Source of the DNA: an uncultured Rikenella sp. | GTDB taxonomy: Bacteria > Bacteroidota > Bacteroidia > Bacteroidales > VadinHA17 | Assembly: GCA_964455705.1 (NCBI GenBank) | Contig: CAYVYM010000002.1 | Location: forward strand, 67,193 to 131,192 | Direction: 5' to 3' | Length of the DNA stretch: 64,000 bases | Part shown: positions 9,696-18,609 of the stretch, one piece after another | How positions within the stretch are numbered: the stretch's first letter is position 1 | Layout of the letters: each line of letters opens with the position of its first letter | Translations under genes and position numbers: made by a program | Notes under the pieces: generated by a model | Database searches by the model: none | Told to the model about the DNA's origin: nothing | The model's input: the letters and a program-made list of their open reading frames with translations, nothing else

Positions 9696-11093
9696 ATGCA
9701 AAGTACTAAGGCTATGAAAACAGGTTCCATTTTATCGTGCGTAATTCTCCTTCAGTTACATGTGGCCGGAGCTCTTTCCCAACCGAATGTAACCCGTGAT
9801 CAATCGTCATTCTGCCTTGGAACAGAGGTGGTTTTTGACACTTCAGCAATCGATGCTCTTTATTCACATCCTGATGAAATATTATGCAATGTTGACTCAT
9901 TCTGGACGGCCAATGGCGCATACCGGCTTGCCGGACAGTACAGCCGCAATAACCGTGTTGACCCGGGCCGCGAAGAGTGGACCAAAAGAGTCAGGGCCAT
10001 TGCAGCTCTCAATGATGAAGAGAGGGCATCCCAGCCAGCAGTTGTCACATCCCGGGAAATCATAGGTCTGAGCACAACACTCCGTGAAAAAGGATTTCCG
10101 CATATCAGCTCCTTCCTGCAGCCATCAGCCCCTCCCCTGAAGGTTACCGTTTTCCTCATCTCCGATATTAAGCCTGCAGCATTTGCATATCCGGGCGGGA
10201 TACTGATCAACGTGAACTCACCGCGCTTCAACAGCGATCCGTCGGTTATAATGAATATCCTCGTTCACGAAATCTATCACGGCGGATATGCCAATACCAT
10301 TGCCTTCCGAAGCGATTACGACCTTCAGAACGAGGCACTTGATTTTGTCATGGATTTCCTGTTAAACGAAGGTATGGCTACCTATGTCTCATACGCCGCC
10401 CGCCACATTTTCCCCAATGATTTTGTTCCTGATTACAAGATGATGGACAAAAAGGTGGAGGTGAAGGCGAACGTTGAGAAGGTTGATCTGCTTTTCAAAC
10501 AGGCAGAGACGCTGACGATTGACAGTCTCAGGCGGTTGGCATGGCAGACTGGAGTCATTGAAAGGGCCTTCTATATTGCCGGAGGCTACATGGCAGGGCT
10601 AATTGATGAAACCCTGGGAAGAGAGGAACTGGTAAAAGCCATGAGTGCCGGTCCATTTAGTTTTTTAACCCTGTATAACTCGGTTGCTGACGAAACGATG
10701 AGAATAAAGGTACCGGAATTGCCTGATGAAATCTCACCCTGCCAGAATCTAAGACTGGCGCTTGCAAGAGAAGATACCACTGAATACAGGAGGCTGGCCA
10801 ATGAGCTGATTCAGAAAGAAGAACCTGGCGGCGAGGCGGTTGAAAAAGCCATAAACAGATACGGGTATATGTTCATGCGCTGCCATGGAGGCATTGACGA
10901 AGCGCTGGAGCTTTTCAAACTTAATGCCAGGCTCTTCCCCGAATCATCCAGGGTCTGGGACAGCCTGGGGGAAGGCTTCATGAGTGCAGGAAACAACGAT
11001 CTGGCTATAACACATTATGAGAAATCCCTGACTCTCAATCCATCGAACGAGAATGCCAGGAGAATCCTTGAAAAGCTGAAGCAGCAGAATTAA
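9696..11093 (+). CDS. secreted putative zinc peptidase (HExxH) with C-terminal TPR repeats (DUF5700-like)
   Basis: N-terminal signal-like segment, VHEIYHGGY motif, C-terminal TPR-like AITHYEKSLTLNPSNENA. The family assignment is from memory only. Confidence 0.5.
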   Translation: MQSTKAMKTGSILSCVILLQLHVAGALSQPNVTRDQSSFCLGTEVVFDTSAIDALYSHPDEILCNVDSFWTANGAYRLAGQYSRNNRVDPGREEWTKRVRAIAALNDEERASQPAVVTSREIIGLSTTLREKGFPHISSFLQPSAPPLKVTVFLISDIKPAAFAYPGGILINVNSPRFNSDPSVIMNILVHEIYHGGYANTIAFRSDYDLQNEALDFVMDFLLNEGMATYVSYAARHIFPNDFVPDYKMMDKKVEVKANVEKVDLLFKQAETLTIDSLRRLAWQTGVIERAFYIAGGYMAGLIDETLGREELVKAMSAGPFSFLTLYNSVADETMRIKVPELPDEISPCQNLRLALAREDTTEYRRLANELIQKEEPGGEAVEKAINRYGYMFMRCHGGIDEALELFKLNARLFPESSRVWDSLGEGFMSAGNNDLAITHYEKSLTLNPSNENARRILEKLKQQN

Positions 11094-11318
11094 GAATTAA
11101 GGATTAAGAATCAGACTGTTAGATCAGGGTTGAGAGTTAAATCCAGACATTTTATGCCGGGATAGGAAGGAGCCAGATTGAAAAGAGGCAAGGGAAATTC
11201 AATACGTTGATACCTCCAGGCTTTCCGTCAGGTTTATGATTCTGACGACAAACCGGTCTCTGAAGACATCTTTTATTATTTCAAAATTTTGGTTAGGTTT
11301 ATGCCTCAATTCTGATGC

Positions 11319-12476
11319 ATGAAGAAGATCCTTTTCATTCTGGCAGTTCTCTTTCTCCTCCGTCCGGCTCCTGCCAGGGCAGAAATGGCTGACAGTGCCG
11401 ATGTTTATATCATCACCTGCGCGCCGGGCACCGCAAGCTATTCCATCTACGGCCACACGGCGCTGCGCGTGGCTGTTCGCGGAACCACCTTTGACATGGT
11501 TTATAACTGGGGCATTTTTGATTTCTCGACCCCAAACTTCGCCTATCGGTTTGCCAAGGGAAGACTCGATTATTTGCTTGGGGCATACAGCTATCAGGAT
11601 TTCCTCCGGGAGTACATTGCGGAGGGCCGCTCCGTGTGGTCTCAGAAGCTTAACCTGACCACAGCGGAGAGGGAGAAACTCTTTGAATTGATAAATGAAA
11701 ACCTTAAGCCCGAGAATGTAAAGTACAGATATGATTTTTTCTTTGATAACTGCGCTACACGCGTTCGTGATATAGTGGCCGCTGCCGCAACCGATACAGT
11801 CATATTCCCAGAGAGAGAGAGGAAGAAACAGAAGACGTTCCGAAAGCTTGTTGATCCCAACCAGAAGGTGCTGCCATGGCTCGATCTGGGGGCTGACATG
11901 CTGCTGGGACTGCAGGCAGATAAGAAAGCCTCACCATATGACGAGATGTTCCTGCCGGTCCATCTCATGACCAATATGTTGAACACTCTCATTATCCATG
12001 ACGGCACCGAGCAGCCGCTGACAGGGCCGGCGGAGGTTGTTGCCGGCTTTCCCCCGCCCGGCAAGCCGGGAGCAGGATCATGGGTGACGCAGGCGGTGTT
12101 TTATCTGATCCTGATACTTGTTCTCCTTGTTACGTTTGTCTTCGGAAAACCTAAACTGGAAAAGGCTGTCGATTTTGTTCTCTATTTCATCTATTCGGTG
12201 ATAGCCCTTCTGCTGGTTTTCACAAACCTCTTCTCGGAACATGACGCCCTGCACCTCAACCTGCTTTTCCTGGGAATAAATATCCTTATACCCGTCCTCT
12301 TCGGATATCTGTTTACGCGCAGGAATCCTGCCAGACTGAGCAGGATAGCCTTCTTCATCTCACTGTCATGGCTGCCGGTATCACTCATTGCGGGTCAGGG
12401 CATTAATCCCGCCCTGATACCCATGGTGCTGATAATAATGGTCAGACTCTTCAGACACTGTGAGTTTGGCAAATAG
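11319..12476 (+). CDS. DUF4105 (Lnb N-terminal domain) membrane protein
   Basis: Signal peptide, then YIITCAPGTASYSIYGHTALRV ... NWGIFDFSTPNFAYRFAKGRLDY. C-terminal half has several TM helices. Confidence 0.65.
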   Translation: MKKILFILAVLFLLRPAPARAEMADSADVYIITCAPGTASYSIYGHTALRVAVRGTTFDMVYNWGIFDFSTPNFAYRFAKGRLDYLLGAYSYQDFLREYIAEGRSVWSQKLNLTTAEREKLFELINENLKPENVKYRYDFFFDNCATRVRDIVAAAATDTVIFPERERKKQKTFRKLVDPNQKVLPWLDLGADMLLGLQADKKASPYDEMFLPVHLMTNMLNTLIIHDGTEQPLTGPAEVVAGFPPPGKPGAGSWVTQAVFYLILILVLLVTFVFGKPKLEKAVDFVLYFIYSVIALLLVFTNLFSEHDALHLNLLFLGINILIPVLFGYLFTRRNPARLSRIAFFISLSWLPVSLIAGQGINPALIPMVLIIMVRLFRHCEFGK

Positions 12477-12494
12477 CTTTAACACTTCTTTAAC

Positions 12495-12514
12495 AACCTT
12501 TAACAAGGTTTTTT
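12495..12514 (+). terminator. weak hairpin + T-run after the DUF4105 gene
   Basis: AACCTT-TAAC-AAGGTT followed by TTTT. It overlaps the third CTTTAACA repeat. Confidence 0.35.
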
Positions 12515-12526
12515 AATATCAAAAAT

Positions 12527-12534
12527 GATCTTTG
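12527..12534 (+). promoter_or_regulatory. near-consensus -7 box (GATCTTTG) ahead of the Bat operon
   Basis: One mismatch to TAnnTTTG, 39 nt before the ATG at 12573. It overlaps the ATG the ORF track uses (12525), which argues for the downstream start. Confidence 0.3.
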
Positions 12535-12572
12535 CGGATATTTTTCGCAGAGAAGAAACAATACTAACAGCT

Positions 12573-13568
12573 ATGGAACATTCTACCGATATCAGGCTCC
12601 TTAATGAGAAGATCGAAAAGGAGAGTGCATTTGTTGACCTTGTCAGGCAGGAGATAAACAAAGTGATCGTTGGTCAGCGTCATCTGACTGACTCGCTGCT
12701 GATAGGCCTGCTCTCCAACGGGCACATACTGCTTGAAGGGGTGCCTGGTCTTGCCAAGACGCTTGCAATCAAGACCCTGGCTTCGATCATCGATACGAAG
12801 TTCAGCAGGATACAGTTCACTCCCGACCTGCTTCCGGCGGACCTCATTGGCACCATGATCTACAGCCAGAGGAAAGAGGAATTTGTTGTCCGCAAGGGAC
12901 CCATCTTCGCCAACTTCATTCTGGCCGATGAGATCAACCGCTCCCCGGCCAAGGTACAGAGCGCTCTGCTCGAAGCCATGCAGGAGCGACAGGTGACAAT
13001 AGGGGAGACCACGTATCAGCTCGGGGAACCGTTCATGGTGTTAGCTACACAGAACCCCATTGAGCAGGAGGGGACCTATCCCCTGCCCGAAGCACAGGTA
13101 GACAGGTTCATGCTTAAAGTGGTGATAACCTATCCCGAGAAAGAGGAAGAACGGATGATCATCCGTGAGAACCTGGCAAGCGTCTTCCCGACGGCAAAGA
13201 CCATCCTTAAGCCAGAGGATATTCTCAGAGCCAGGGAGGTTGTAAGAGAGGTTTATCTTGATGAGAAGATCGAGAACTACATCCTCGATATAGTGTTTGC
13301 AACCCGCCAGCCGGATAAATACGGACTGTCGAAGTTCACTCCGCTGATTTCATATGGTGCCTCACCCAGGGCAGGCATCAACCTGGCCCTGGCGGCGAAA
13401 GCCTATGCCTTCATCAGGCGGAGAGGCTTTGTGGTTCCCGAGGACGTACGCTTCCTGTGCGCCGACGTGCTTCGGCACCGGATAGGGCTTACCTATGAGG
13501 CTGAAGCTGAGAATATCACCCAGGATCATATAATTACAGAGATACTTAACACGGTTGAAGTACCGTAG
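12573..13568 (+). CDS. MoxR-family AAA+ ATPase (first gene of the Bat operon)
   Basis: LLEGVPGLAKT (Walker A), ILADEINR (Walker B), VLATQNPIEQEGTYPLPEAQVDRF. Confidence 0.9.
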   Translation: MEHSTDIRLLNEKIEKESAFVDLVRQEINKVIVGQRHLTDSLLIGLLSNGHILLEGVPGLAKTLAIKTLASIIDTKFSRIQFTPDLLPADLIGTMIYSQRKEEFVVRKGPIFANFILADEINRSPAKVQSALLEAMQERQVTIGETTYQLGEPFMVLATQNPIEQEGTYPLPEAQVDRFMLKVVITYPEKEEERMIIRENLASVFPTAKTILKPEDILRAREVVREVYLDEKIENYILDIVFATRQPDKYGLSKFTPLISYGASPRAGINLALAAKAYAFIRRRGFVVPEDVRFLCADVLRHRIGLTYEAEAENITQDHIITEILNTVEVP

Positions 13569-13573
13569 CCGGC

Positions 13574-14017
13574 ATGAAGAGCATACCGTTCATCATCGTC
13601 CTGCTGACCCTGTTGGGCCCGCCATCTGAAGCCCAGGATTTTATCGGCCTTCCTGAAGAGAGAATAAGGGAGATCATGTCTGCTGACATGCCCGGGCTCT
13701 CGCTCGACAACAGGGTCAGAAACAACACCTACAGGTACCTGAAGTACAGTTCAGGTGATGATAACGAAACATGGGTGGTCTTCATTGATGAGAAGGGGAG
13801 ATGCAACGGTGTCAGGATCACCTTTGATAACAGTATTTATGACAGTAAGATAAAGGAACTTAACGAGTTATATATCCCGGGAGAGGTAAACCTGTGGAGT
13901 TACAGGGCCGGAGGAGAGGATATCTCGGTGCGACTGAAGAAAGAGTCATGGTTTTTTACCGTGACATATGAGAGGACAAAGCAGAGAGGTAGAAGTGGAA
14001 ACAACAGAACTGCTTAA
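13574..14017 (+). CDS. hypothetical secreted protein
   Basis: ORF with N-terminal signal-like MKSIPFIIVLLTLLGPPSEAQ, in operon context. No recognisable motif. Confidence 0.5.
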   Translation: MKSIPFIIVLLTLLGPPSEAQDFIGLPEERIREIMSADMPGLSLDNRVRNNTYRYLKYSSGDDNETWVVFIDEKGRCNGVRITFDNSIYDSKIKELNELYIPGEVNLWSYRAGGEDISVRLKKESWFFTVTYERTKQRGRSGNNRTA

Positions 14018-14858
14018 AAAAGTTAGGAAGATTGAGATAAGGTCAAGGGGCCTTACCCGGCAGATTTTTGCCGGTGAGTATCACAGTGCATTCCGCGGAA
14101 GGGGAATGGCATTCAGCGAGGTGCGTGAATACCAGTTCGGAGATGACATACGCAGTATAGACTGGAACGTCACGGCACGGTTCGGGCACCCCTACGTCAA
14201 GATATTCGAGGAGGAGCGCGAACTGACTGTGATGCTTCTTGTAGATGTCAGCCGGTCGGGCGACTTCGGCACCATTGGTTCGACCAAGAGAGAATTGATG
14301 ACCGAGATAGCAGCCGTTCTGGCCTATTCCGTTATAGCCAACAATGATAAGGTAGGCCTCATGCTCTTCTCAGGAAGGGTTGAGAAGTACATCCCGCCGA
14401 AAAAGGGACGGGGGCATATGCTCCGGATCATCCGTGAATTATTAAGCTATGAGTCTCAGGAGTCAGACACCTCTCTCTCTGAGCCTCTTCGATATCTGAC
14501 AAACGTGATAAGGAAACGGTGCACAGCCTTCATTCTGTCTGATTTCATGGCCCCGCCTTTTATCGAATCACTCCGCATTGCCTCTGGCAAGCATGATGTT
14601 GTTGCCCTCCGCATAACCGACAGACGCGAGAAAGAGATACCTGACGTTGGCTTCATGAAGGTTACAGATCCCGAATCGGGAAAGGAAAACTGGATTGACA
14701 CCTCTTCATCCAGAATCAGGCAGGAGTACGCCGCCCTCTGGAAGAGGCATAATGAAACAGTCAGCAACACATTCGTAAGCTGCGGGGTGGACGTGGCATC
14801 AATCAGCACCGGTGAGGATTACATCAAGCCTCTAATCTCGCTTTTCAAACACAGGTAG
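13968..14858 (+). CDS. DUF58 domain protein (MoxR partner)
   Basis: ELLKKVRKIEIRSRGL...FRGRGMAFSEVREYQFGDDIRSIDWNVTAR. The start is uncertain: ATG 13968 or in-frame GTG 13995. Either overlaps the previous ORF. Confidence 0.85.
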   Translation: MRGQSREVEVETTELLKKVRKIEIRSRGLTRQIFAGEYHSAFRGRGMAFSEVREYQFGDDIRSIDWNVTARFGHPYVKIFEEERELTVMLLVDVSRSGDFGTIGSTKRELMTEIAAVLAYSVIANNDKVGLMLFSGRVEKYIPPKKGRGHMLRIIRELLSYESQESDTSLSEPLRYLTNVIRKRCTAFILSDFMAPPFIESLRIASGKHDVVALRITDRREKEIPDVGFMKVTDPESGKENWIDTSSSRIRQEYAALWKRHNETVSNTFVSCGVDVASISTGEDYIKPLISLFKHR

Positions 14859-14862
14859 AACG

Positions 14863-15834
14863 ATGAGAAGAGCTGCCATATCCGTTGCTGTACTGTTATT
14901 CCTCTCTTGCGTTGCCATGCCGCAGGAGATAAAGGTCAACTCATCACCTGACACAACAAGCATACTCATTGGAGATCAGACTCGCTTTACCGTTACTGCA
15001 AAGATTCCCGCAGGTTTCACGGCTGAGCTTAACACCCTCACCGACACACTGGCAGGGAAAATCATAATACTCTCCCGGAGTCCGCAAGATACTGCTCTCT
15101 CACCTGACGGCAGCTTCACCATAACTGACAGGTACCTGATAACGGCATTTGATTCAGGAACATATACAATTTCTCCATTCTATGCGGAGATGATTTCAGG
15201 CGACAGTCTGCTGAGATACTTTTCCGATTATTCTTTCCTTAAAGTGCTGCGCCCTGATGTGACGCCTCCGGACACCACTGACGTAATATTTGACATTATC
15301 GGGCCACGGAATGCGCCGGTGACCTTTGCAGAGGTGCTGCCTTGGCTGGTGATTGCCCTTATTGCAGCGCTGGTACTTTATATTCTTGCCCGTTTCCTTC
15401 CAAGAAATCCGCTCAGGAGGTTCGTCAGGCCTCTTGTGCCTCCTGAACCAGCCCATGTCATAGCCCTGAGGGAGCTGAAGGCTCTCAGGGAGGAGGAGCT
15501 GTGGCAGAAGGGTGAGGTCAAGGAGTACTACTCAAGACTGTCAGACATAACAAGAAGGTATATTGACAACCGTTACGGCATAAGCTCCCCTGAGCTGACA
15601 ACAGACGAGACTGTACGCATGCTTCAGAAGGCTGCGGTCACCACTGCCGGACAGATGTCTCTGGTGAAAGAGTTGCTTTCACTCTCTGACATGGTCAAAT
15701 TCGCCAAATATGTACCGGAGAGCGAACTGCATGAGAAGTATTATGCTGACGCCGTCCGTTTTGTTGAGGAGACAAAAGTGGTCGTGATCATCACTGCCGG
15801 AGAGAAGAAAGAGAAAGGAGGGGCAGATGCATAA
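14863..15834 (+). CDS. DUF4381-like membrane protein of Bat operons
   Basis: Signal peptide, central TM (LPWLVIALIAALVLYIL), C-terminal YYSRLSDITRRYIDNRYGISSPELTTDE. Position between DUF58 and batA. Confidence 0.6.
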   Translation: MRRAAISVAVLLFLSCVAMPQEIKVNSSPDTTSILIGDQTRFTVTAKIPAGFTAELNTLTDTLAGKIIILSRSPQDTALSPDGSFTITDRYLITAFDSGTYTISPFYAEMISGDSLLRYFSDYSFLKVLRPDVTPPDTTDVIFDIIGPRNAPVTFAEVLPWLVIALIAALVLYILARFLPRNPLRRFVRPLVPPEPAHVIALRELKALREEELWQKGEVKEYYSRLSDITRRYIDNRYGISSPELTTDETVRMLQKAAVTTAGQMSLVKELLSLSDMVKFAKYVPESELHEKYYADAVRFVEETKVVVIITAGEKKEKGGADA

Positions 15835-16819
15835 CATTGTGTATGAGAACGGGTGGTTTCTCTGGTTTCTGCTGATCATACCACTGCTTGTGGTTTATTA
15901 TGTATACCGGCAGTCCAGGGCGCATGCCTCTGTGAAGCTCTCCACAGCAGGATTCCTAATGAACGGCCACAAGACCTTCCGCCATTACCTGAGACATATC
16001 CTCTTCGCCCTGAGGATTACGGTCATTGCCCTGGTGATCATTGTAATCGCCAGACCCCAGAGCGTTGACAAGTGGCAGAGCTCCACCACAGAGGGAATAG
16101 ATATAGTCCTGGCTCTTGATGTATCAGGCTCAATGCTGGCGCGCGACTTCAGTCCTGACAGACTGGAAGCTTCCAAGAACGTCGCCACGGAGTTTATCAG
16201 TGGCAGACCCTATGACCGGATGGGACTGACGGTCTTCAGCGGTGAGAGCTTTACCCAGTGTCCTCTGACAACTGACCATGCGGTACTGATAAACCTTATG
16301 AGGGAGGTAAAAAGCGGTGTAATCGAGGACGGCACGGCCATAGGTGTTGGCCTGGCCACAGCCATAAACAGGATCAAGGACTCGGACGCGATAAGCAAGG
16401 TGATCATTCTGCTTACTGACGGGGTTAACAACATGGGATCGATAGACCCGGTGACCGCCGCTGAGATAGCTAAAACATTCGGGGTCAGGGTATATACGAT
16501 AGGCGTTGGGAGCATGGGTTTTGCCGACTACCCGGTACAGACCCCGTTCGGTATGCGCTATCAGAAGATGCAGGTCGAGATTGATGAAGCGCTGCTGAAG
16601 CAGATTGCGGATCTCACCGGAGGCAGGTACTTCAGGGCTGTTGATAACACAAGCCTTCAGCAGGTTTACGGTGAAATTGACAAGCTTGAGAAATCAAAGA
16701 TAGAGACCCGGGAACACAGCAGGCGTGAGGAGGTCTTCATGCTTTGGGCCCTTGCCGCTGCGGTGATCCTTGCACTTGAGCTGTTGCTCAGGTATCTCTT
16801 TATGAAAAACATGTCGTAG
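15827..16819 (+). CDS. batA: VWA-domain protein BatA
   Basis: N-terminal TM pair, MIDAS-type DVSGSM, ILLTDGVNN, C-terminal TM anchor. Confidence 0.85.
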   Translation: MHNIVYENGWFLWFLLIIPLLVVYYVYRQSRAHASVKLSTAGFLMNGHKTFRHYLRHILFALRITVIALVIIVIARPQSVDKWQSSTTEGIDIVLALDVSGSMLARDFSPDRLEASKNVATEFISGRPYDRMGLTVFSGESFTQCPLTTDHAVLINLMREVKSGVIEDGTAIGVGLATAINRIKDSDAISKVIILLTDGVNNMGSIDPVTAAEIAKTFGVRVYTIGVGSMGFADYPVQTPFGMRYQKMQVEIDEALLKQIADLTGGRYFRAVDNTSLQQVYGEIDKLEKSKIETREHSRREEVFMLWALAAAVILALELLLRYLFMKNMS

Positions 16820-16826
16820 CAAAACC

Positions 16827-17882
16827 ATGGATACGTTCAGATTTGCACAGCCTGACATGCTTTACCTGCTCCTCCTGGTGCCGGTGCTGATAATCATTTG
16901 GATCATAGGCAACAGGAGAAGGAGGCTCGCCAGGGAGCGCTTCGGTGACGCTTCACTGCTCATGAGACTGTCGCCCGACTATTCACCGGCCCGGATGGCT
17001 GCAAAGTTCATTATCAGGCTTCTTGCCTTCGTTTTTGCGGTGCTGACGGTAGCGAGACCTCAGTTCGGGTCAAGGCTAGAGGAGGTCAAACGCGAAGGTG
17101 TGGAAGTGATCATAGCCCTCGATGTGAGCAACTCTATGCTGGCGACAGATATTGCCCCCTCGAGGCTTGAGAGGGCTAAACAGGCTATCTCACAGCTCGT
17201 TGATCAGCTCCGGGAGGACAGGATAGGGCTCATACTCTTTGCCGGTGATGCATATACGCAGATACCAATTACAAACGATTACCTGTCAGCGAAGATGTTC
17301 CTCTCAACCGCCGGGCCCGATGCAGTCTCAAAGCAGGGAACCTCAATCGGATCAGCGATAGACCTCGGTATGAGGTCATTCTCTCCCGCGAGCGATAAAA
17401 GCAGAGCGCTCATAATTATCACCGACGGCGAAAATCATGAGGATGATGCTCTTGCGAAGGCCAGGGAAGCAGCAGAAAAGGGAGTAGTTGTGCATACAAT
17501 CGGCATAGGGTCACCTGCCGGCTCGCCAATTCCTGTCAATGCCGGAGGCAGAACTGACTACCTGAAAGACAGGGATGGTAACACTGTCATCTCCAAACTC
17601 GATGAGAAGAGTTTGAGGGAGATAGCATCAGTGACCGGAGGCAGGTATGTCAGGGCCAGTAACACCAGCATTGGTCTGACTGAAATTTACAATGACATCG
17701 GCCGGATGAAGAAAAGTGAGATAAACACCGTGATGTATACCGAGTACAAAGAACAGTTCCTGATTCCTGCAGTCATAATGTTCATCCTGCTGGTGGCCGA
17801 CATTCTGACAGGAGACCGAAGGAGTCATCTGATCAGACGACTGGGAATCATTGGGATGGAACCAAAAAGGAAGAGGTCATGA
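16827..17882 (+). CDS. batB: VWA-domain protein BatB
   Basis: FAQPDMLYLLLLVP N-terminus, DVSNSM MIDAS motif, IIITDGENH. Confidence 0.85.
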   Translation: MDTFRFAQPDMLYLLLLVPVLIIIWIIGNRRRRLARERFGDASLLMRLSPDYSPARMAAKFIIRLLAFVFAVLTVARPQFGSRLEEVKREGVEVIIALDVSNSMLATDIAPSRLERAKQAISQLVDQLREDRIGLILFAGDAYTQIPITNDYLSAKMFLSTAGPDAVSKQGTSIGSAIDLGMRSFSPASDKSRALIIITDGENHEDDALAKAREAAEKGVVVHTIGIGSPAGSPIPVNAGGRTDYLKDRDGNTVISKLDEKSLREIASVTGGRYVRASNTSIGLTEIYNDIGRMKKSEINTVMYTEYKEQFLIPAVIMFILLVADILTGDRRSHLIRRLGIIGMEPKRKRS

Positions 17883-18598
17883 GTGCAGCACAATATTCAT
17901 ACAAGGTAATACTGACGACACTCTGCGTTTTGCTTGTCAGCAGTTCCCTCTGTGGACAGGAGGAGAGGGAATATATCAGGAAGGGTAATAAACTCTACAA
18001 AAAGAGTGAGTTTGCAGGCAGTGAGGGGATGTACCGCCGTGCACAGGCGCATGAAAAGCAGAGAGGCGACGCAGGATTCAACCTGGGTGACGCCCTCTAC
18101 AAACAGGGCAGGTTCGGTGAGGCAGCAGGGGAGTTCAGCAAGGTGGCCTCAACAACAGAAGGTGACTCCCTGAAGCAGGCAGAAGGATACTACAACCTGG
18201 GTAACTCTCTGGTGAAGGAGCAGAAGTTTGAAGAGAGCATCGGTGCGTACATCAACTCCCTGAAACTAAATCCGGATAATATCCAGGCCAAATATAACCT
18301 TGCCTGGGCGCAGGACCAGCTGAAGAAACAGGAGGAGCAGCAAAAGCAGCAGAATCAGAATAAGGATAAGGAACCGGAGCAGCAGCAGGATGAGAACAAA
18401 GAGGACCAAAAGAATCAGAACCAGGATGATCAGCAGTCACAGGACCAAGATCAGTCGCAGGATCAGCCGCCCTCAATAAGCAGGGAAGATGCGAAGCGCC
18501 TGCTTGATGCGATGGCTGCCAACGAGAAGGACACACAGGAAAAGGTTCAGCATGACAAGGCTGCAAAAGCTAAGGTAAGGGTCATCAAAAATTGGTAA
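17879..18598 (+). CDS. batC: TPR protein BatC with Gln/Asp/Glu-rich tail
   Basis: TPR-like repeats (YNLGNSLVKEQKFEESIGAYINSLKLNPDN) and a low-complexity QEEQQKQQNQNKD...DQSQDQ region. 4-nt overlap with batB. Confidence 0.75.
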   Translation: MSAAQYSYKVILTTLCVLLVSSSLCGQEEREYIRKGNKLYKKSEFAGSEGMYRRAQAHEKQRGDAGFNLGDALYKQGRFGEAAGEFSKVASTTEGDSLKQAEGYYNLGNSLVKEQKFEESIGAYINSLKLNPDNIQAKYNLAWAQDQLKKQEEQQKQQNQNKDKEPEQQQDENKEDQKNQNQDDQQSQDQDQSQDQPPSISREDAKRLLDAMAANEKDTQEKVQHDKAAKAKVRVIKNW

Positions 18599-18609
18599 TT
18601 TTGGCGAAG

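Noticed and set aside
11088-11111. Tandem heptamer AATTAAG-AATTAAG-GATTAAG-AAT spanning the stop codon of the HExxH/TPR gene
   Set aside because: It has only about 3.4 copies of a 7-mer in AT-rich DNA. That is too short to call a functional repeat.
12525-12572. N-terminal extensions suggested by the ORF track (12525, and the non-ATG starts at 4804, 18592, 20405, 34474, 36732, 48469, 51993, 28368; also the 52458-52577 extension of the CYTH gene)
   Set aside because: The extensions start at TTG/GTG codons or overlap promoter boxes, palindromes or upstream genes. Downstream ATGs give N-termini matching the expected family starts or signal peptides.
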